From the human T2T-CHM13v2.0 reference genome, Homo sapiens: 64,000 nt of DNA. The stretch lies in the NCBI RefSeq assembly GCF_009914755.1, contig NC_060947.1; one strand, written 5' to 3'. Of this stretch, positions 52,638 through 64,000 are shown piece after piece; the first letter of the stretch is position 1, and every line of letters begins with the position of its first letter. Below the pieces are notes generated by a model. It had not been told where the DNA came from. It saw only the letters and a list, made by a program, of their open reading frames with translations, and did no database searches. The translations under genes and the position numbers were made by a program.

Positions 52638-53040
52638 TCGTAGTACATTCTGTGCTGCTGTAACAGAATACCTGAGACTGGATAATTTATAAAACACATT
52701 TATTTCACACAGTTCTGGAGGCTGGGAAGTCCAAGATCAAGTCACCAACAGGTTTGGCATCTGGGAAGGGCTGCTCTCTGCTTCTAAGACAGTGCCTTGA
52801 ATGCTGCATCCTCTGGAGCGGGGGAACACTGTGTCCTCACGTGGCAAAAAAGGTGAAAGGGCAAAAAGGGAGGCATTCCCTCCTTCAAGCCCTATTCTAA
52901 CAGCATTAATCTGTTCATAAGGGCAGAGTCCTCTTGACCTAAACACATCCCAAAAGACCCCACCTCCCAACACTGCTGCATTGGGGATCAAGTTTAGACA
53001 TGAATTTTTGGAAGGGACAAAAACATTCAAATCATAACGG
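52638..53040 (-). mobile_element. MST-type MaLR solo LTR
   Basis: gctgtaacagaatacctgagactggataatttataaa...ggaagggacaaaaacattcaaatcata. Confidence 0.7.
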
Positions 53041-53375
53041 TGATATGCTCAAAAATTATATAAATAAGTCAAAATGGAATTCTAAAAACAATGGTCATGT
53101 ACCCACCCCAAGGAAGGCAAAGGGAGAGAAACAAAGGAATGAGAATCAGAGGGAACAAACAGAAAACAATAGTAAAATATACTAATTTAAACCACAATGA
53201 GGGCCAGGCGCTGTGGCTTACACCTGTAATCCCAGCACTTTGGGAGACTGAGGTGGGGAGATCACGAGGTCAGGAGTTAGAGACCAGCCTGGCCAACATG
53301 GTGAAACCCCATCTCGACTAAAAATAGAAAAATTAGCTAGGCGTGGTGGCACACTCCTGTAATCCCAGCTACTCA

Positions 53376-53558
<183 letters not shown>

Positions 53559-53561
53559 TCA

Positions 53562-53804
<243 letters not shown>

Positions 53805-54102
53805 TTAAAACCAAAAGACAAAGTTGGGCACAGCAGTGGATGCCTTTAGTATCAGCTACTAGGGAGGCTGAGTTGGGAGGATGACTTGAGCCCAAGAGTT
53901 CTATGCCAGCCTGGGCAACACAGTGAGACACCTGTCTCTAAAATAAAAATAAAATACATTTTTTTAAAAGATGAAAGATAATCCTAGCACTTTGGGAGTC
54001 CGAGGCGGGCAGATCACCTGAGGTCAGGAGTTCGAGACCAGCCTGACCAACATGGAGAAACCCCATCTCTACTAAAAATACAAAAAAAATTAGCCAGGCT
54101 TA

Positions 54103-54237
<135 letters not shown>

Positions 54238-54486
54238 TCAAAAAAAAGAAAAAAGAAATCAATATGTTAAAATAATATCTGCACTCTTATGTTCATGATA
54301 TCATTATTCACAATAGCCAAGATAGGAAATCAACCTCTATCCAACAATGTGTGAATAAAGAAAACGTGGGCCGGGTGTGGTGGCTCACGTCTGTAATCCC
54401 AGCACTTTGGGAGGCCAAGGCTGGTGGATCACGAGGTCAGGAGATCGAGACCATCCTGGTCAACATGGTGAAACCCCCCTCTACTA

Positions 54487-54660
<174 letters not shown>

Positions 54661-54872
54661 TTAATCCACCAAAGAGATATAGCAATCCTAAATGTGCATG
54701 CACTAAACAAGATCATTTCAAATTACACGAAGAAAAAATGATCAGGCTGAAAGGAGAAATGGACAAATCCACAATTATAATTGAGGATATCAACACCACC
54801 CCTGCAACAAATGGAATTACTAGAGAGAAATTCAAGCAATGATAAAGAAGAACTAAACAACACCATCAATCA

Positions 54873-55355
<483 letters not shown>

Positions 55356-56645
55356 TCAAATTAGAAATCATAACAGAAAGACAACAGGAAAACCCCCTAA
55401 ACACTTATTTAAAAACATGCTTCTCAATAACCCATGGGTCACAAAGTAAGTCAAAAGGAAATTTTATAAATACACAGAACTGGAAAAAATGAAAATACAC
55501 CTGTCAAAATATGTGCAATGCATGAGTGTAGTGTTGAGATGGAAATTTATAGAACTAGGTACTTACATTAGAAAAGAGGAAAGGTCTCAAATCAATAATC
55601 TAAGTTCCTACTTCAAGAAACTAGAAAAAGAAGAGCAAAGGAACCTCAAGGAAGCAGAAGGCAGGAAATAATAAAGATAAGAACAGAAATCAATACAATT
55701 AAAAACAGAAAAACAGCAGAGAAAACAATCAATGAAACAAAAACTTGGATCTTTGAAAAGATCAATACAATTGAAAAACTTGTAGCAAGACTGGCAAAGA
55801 TAAAGAGAGAAGATACAAATCATCAATATTAGGAATGAAAGAGGGGATGTCACTACAGATTTTGCAGTCACTGAAAGGATACTGCAAGTTCCATGAAGAA
55901 GAACTCTATTCTCATAAATTCAACAACTTAGAAGAAATGGACCAATTACTCCAAAAGCACAAACGACCAAACTCAAGCAATATAAAATAGGCGATCTGAA
56001 TAATTCTACAACCATTAAAAATTTAAATTTATTATTTAGCCCTCAGAAAAGAAATCTTGAGGCCCAGATGTTTTCACTGGAGAATTCCTCCTAACACTTA
56101 AAGCGAAATTAGTGTCAATTTTGTAGACTGTCTTCCGGATAATAGAAGCAAAGGGAACACCTCCCAACTCATTGTATGAGGCCAGTTTTACCTTGCTACC
56201 AAAACCAGGGAAAAAAGCATACACACAAAAGGAAAGCTACAAACTGATATCTCTTGTGAATTTAGGCACAAAAACCCTCAACAAAATATTAGGAAATCAA
56301 ATCCAGGAATGTTTTAAAGGAATTATACACCATGACCAAGTAGGATTTGTTCCAGGTATGAAAGGCTGGTTCAGTTTTTGATACTCATCAATGTCATCCA
56401 CCACGACAGGTTAAAAAAAAAAAGCATATGATCATATCAATTGATGAGAAAACAAAAACAACCCAGTGGCCAGGTGTGGTGGCTCACGCCTGTAATCCCA
56501 GCACTTTGGGAGGCCGAGGCAGGTGGATCACTTGAGGACAGGAGTTTGAGACCAGCCTGGCCAACATGGTGAAACCCCGCCTCTACTAAACATACAAAAA
56601 AATTAGCCGGGCGTGGTAGCGGGCACCTGCAATCCCAGCTACTCA

Positions 56646-57002
<357 letters not shown>

Positions 57003-57124
57003 TGAACTCCTGACTTTAAGTGATCTGCCCGCCTTGGTCTCCCAAAGTGGTGGGATTACAGGCGTGACCACTGTACCCGGCCCACCCCAGTATTTGATAA
57101 ACGCCAATACCCAGTCTTCTGGTT

Positions 57125-58215
<1,091 letters not shown>

Positions 58216-58707
58216 AAAGGGCTTATGGAGACCTGACCTGCCACAGTTCCTGGAAAAGACGGAGTGGATACACTCCTCCCTGTTTCGCCTACAAAGTACA
58301 GCTGAAACCAATGGATGTTACATAGAAAACAAGCTTGAGAAGACTGCAAGGTACAGAAGAGCCAGCAGATGGCTAGGGATTCGGAATCGAGAAATGACAT
58401 GGTGCTGAGCCCCGTGGGTTTTCTTATGCATTCAAGACCAGGTGCTGGAGAAAGCAGCAACGCAGAACACCAAGCGGTGCAGAAAAAAAAGACTCAGGAA
58501 AGCCTGGCGGGCACAGTGGTGCGTGCTTGTAGTCCCAGCTATCCAGGAGGCTGAGGCAGGAGGATCGCTTGAGCCCAAGAGTTTAAATCTAACCTGGGCA
58601 ACATAGTGAGACCCTCATCTCTAAACAAAGAAATAAAAGACCCAGAGACCTGGGGAAACCTCTTCCCCTTAGCCAAAGGACCAGGTAAGGGGCAGCCTCC
58701 TAAGAGG

Positions 58708-63564
<4,857 letters not shown>

Positions 63565-64000
63565 CGTGGATTTTAGTCCCAGCCTTGCCCCTCTGAGGCA
63601 GTGTAGTCATGGGAAGTTGCTTCGCCTTTTTGTGTTTCAGTTTCCTCAAGTGCAAATGAGGACAACAAAAGGCAGTTTTGTGTCACCTCAGACGTGGTCC
63701 TAAATGGGCCCACCGGGATGGTTCGCATTTTTTAACGTCAGAGCATCAATCTCTAAAGGTCTGCCCCTAGGTTGGGGTCAGGGGTGTCAGAGCTGCCCTG
63801 CCTGTCAAGCCCTGTTCTCCAACTGCCACTAAGAGAGCAGCGGAAATAGGAACACTGAGACCAGCAGCCCGACTCAAGGTGAAGTGCGTGCACCTCTCTT
63901 CCGTCTCCCTTTTGCTCCTCCTGCCTCTGCATTGACTCCATCTCTTGCTCCTCTGTATCCGTTTTACCTTCTCAATCTCATTCTCTCTCTGCTCCTGTTT

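Noticed and set aside
63820-63845. CTCF-like site gccactaagagagcag
   Set aside because: Requires an insertion within the core motif; too weak.

Overview
Primate (human-like) genomic DNA. The gene content matches the Xp11.23 ERAS-PCSK1N locus, followed by about 54 kb of repeat-dense intergenic sequence. The first ~10.5 kb holds two convergent protein-coding genes, each with a CpG-island promoter: ERAS (+ strand, single coding exon, 233 aa Ras-family GTPase) and PCSK1N/proSAAS (- strand, 3 coding exons, 260 aa). The remainder is almost all transposable elements: dozens of Alus; a five-level nested stack (old L1 > MST-type MaLR > THE1 > LTR2/Harlequin provirus > AluY) with readable target-site duplications (TSDs); a 5'-inverted (twin-primed) L1PA; two Hsmar2 mariner fragments; and several old LTR and L1 remnants. 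I found no prokaryotic systems, CRISPR arrays or RNA genes, and no convincing novel biological system. The least explained sequence is an mRNA-like, Alu-interrupted segment at ~19.9-22.4 kb. Repeat subfamily names come from recalled consensus sequences, and repeat boundaries are approximate unless a TSD is quoted.
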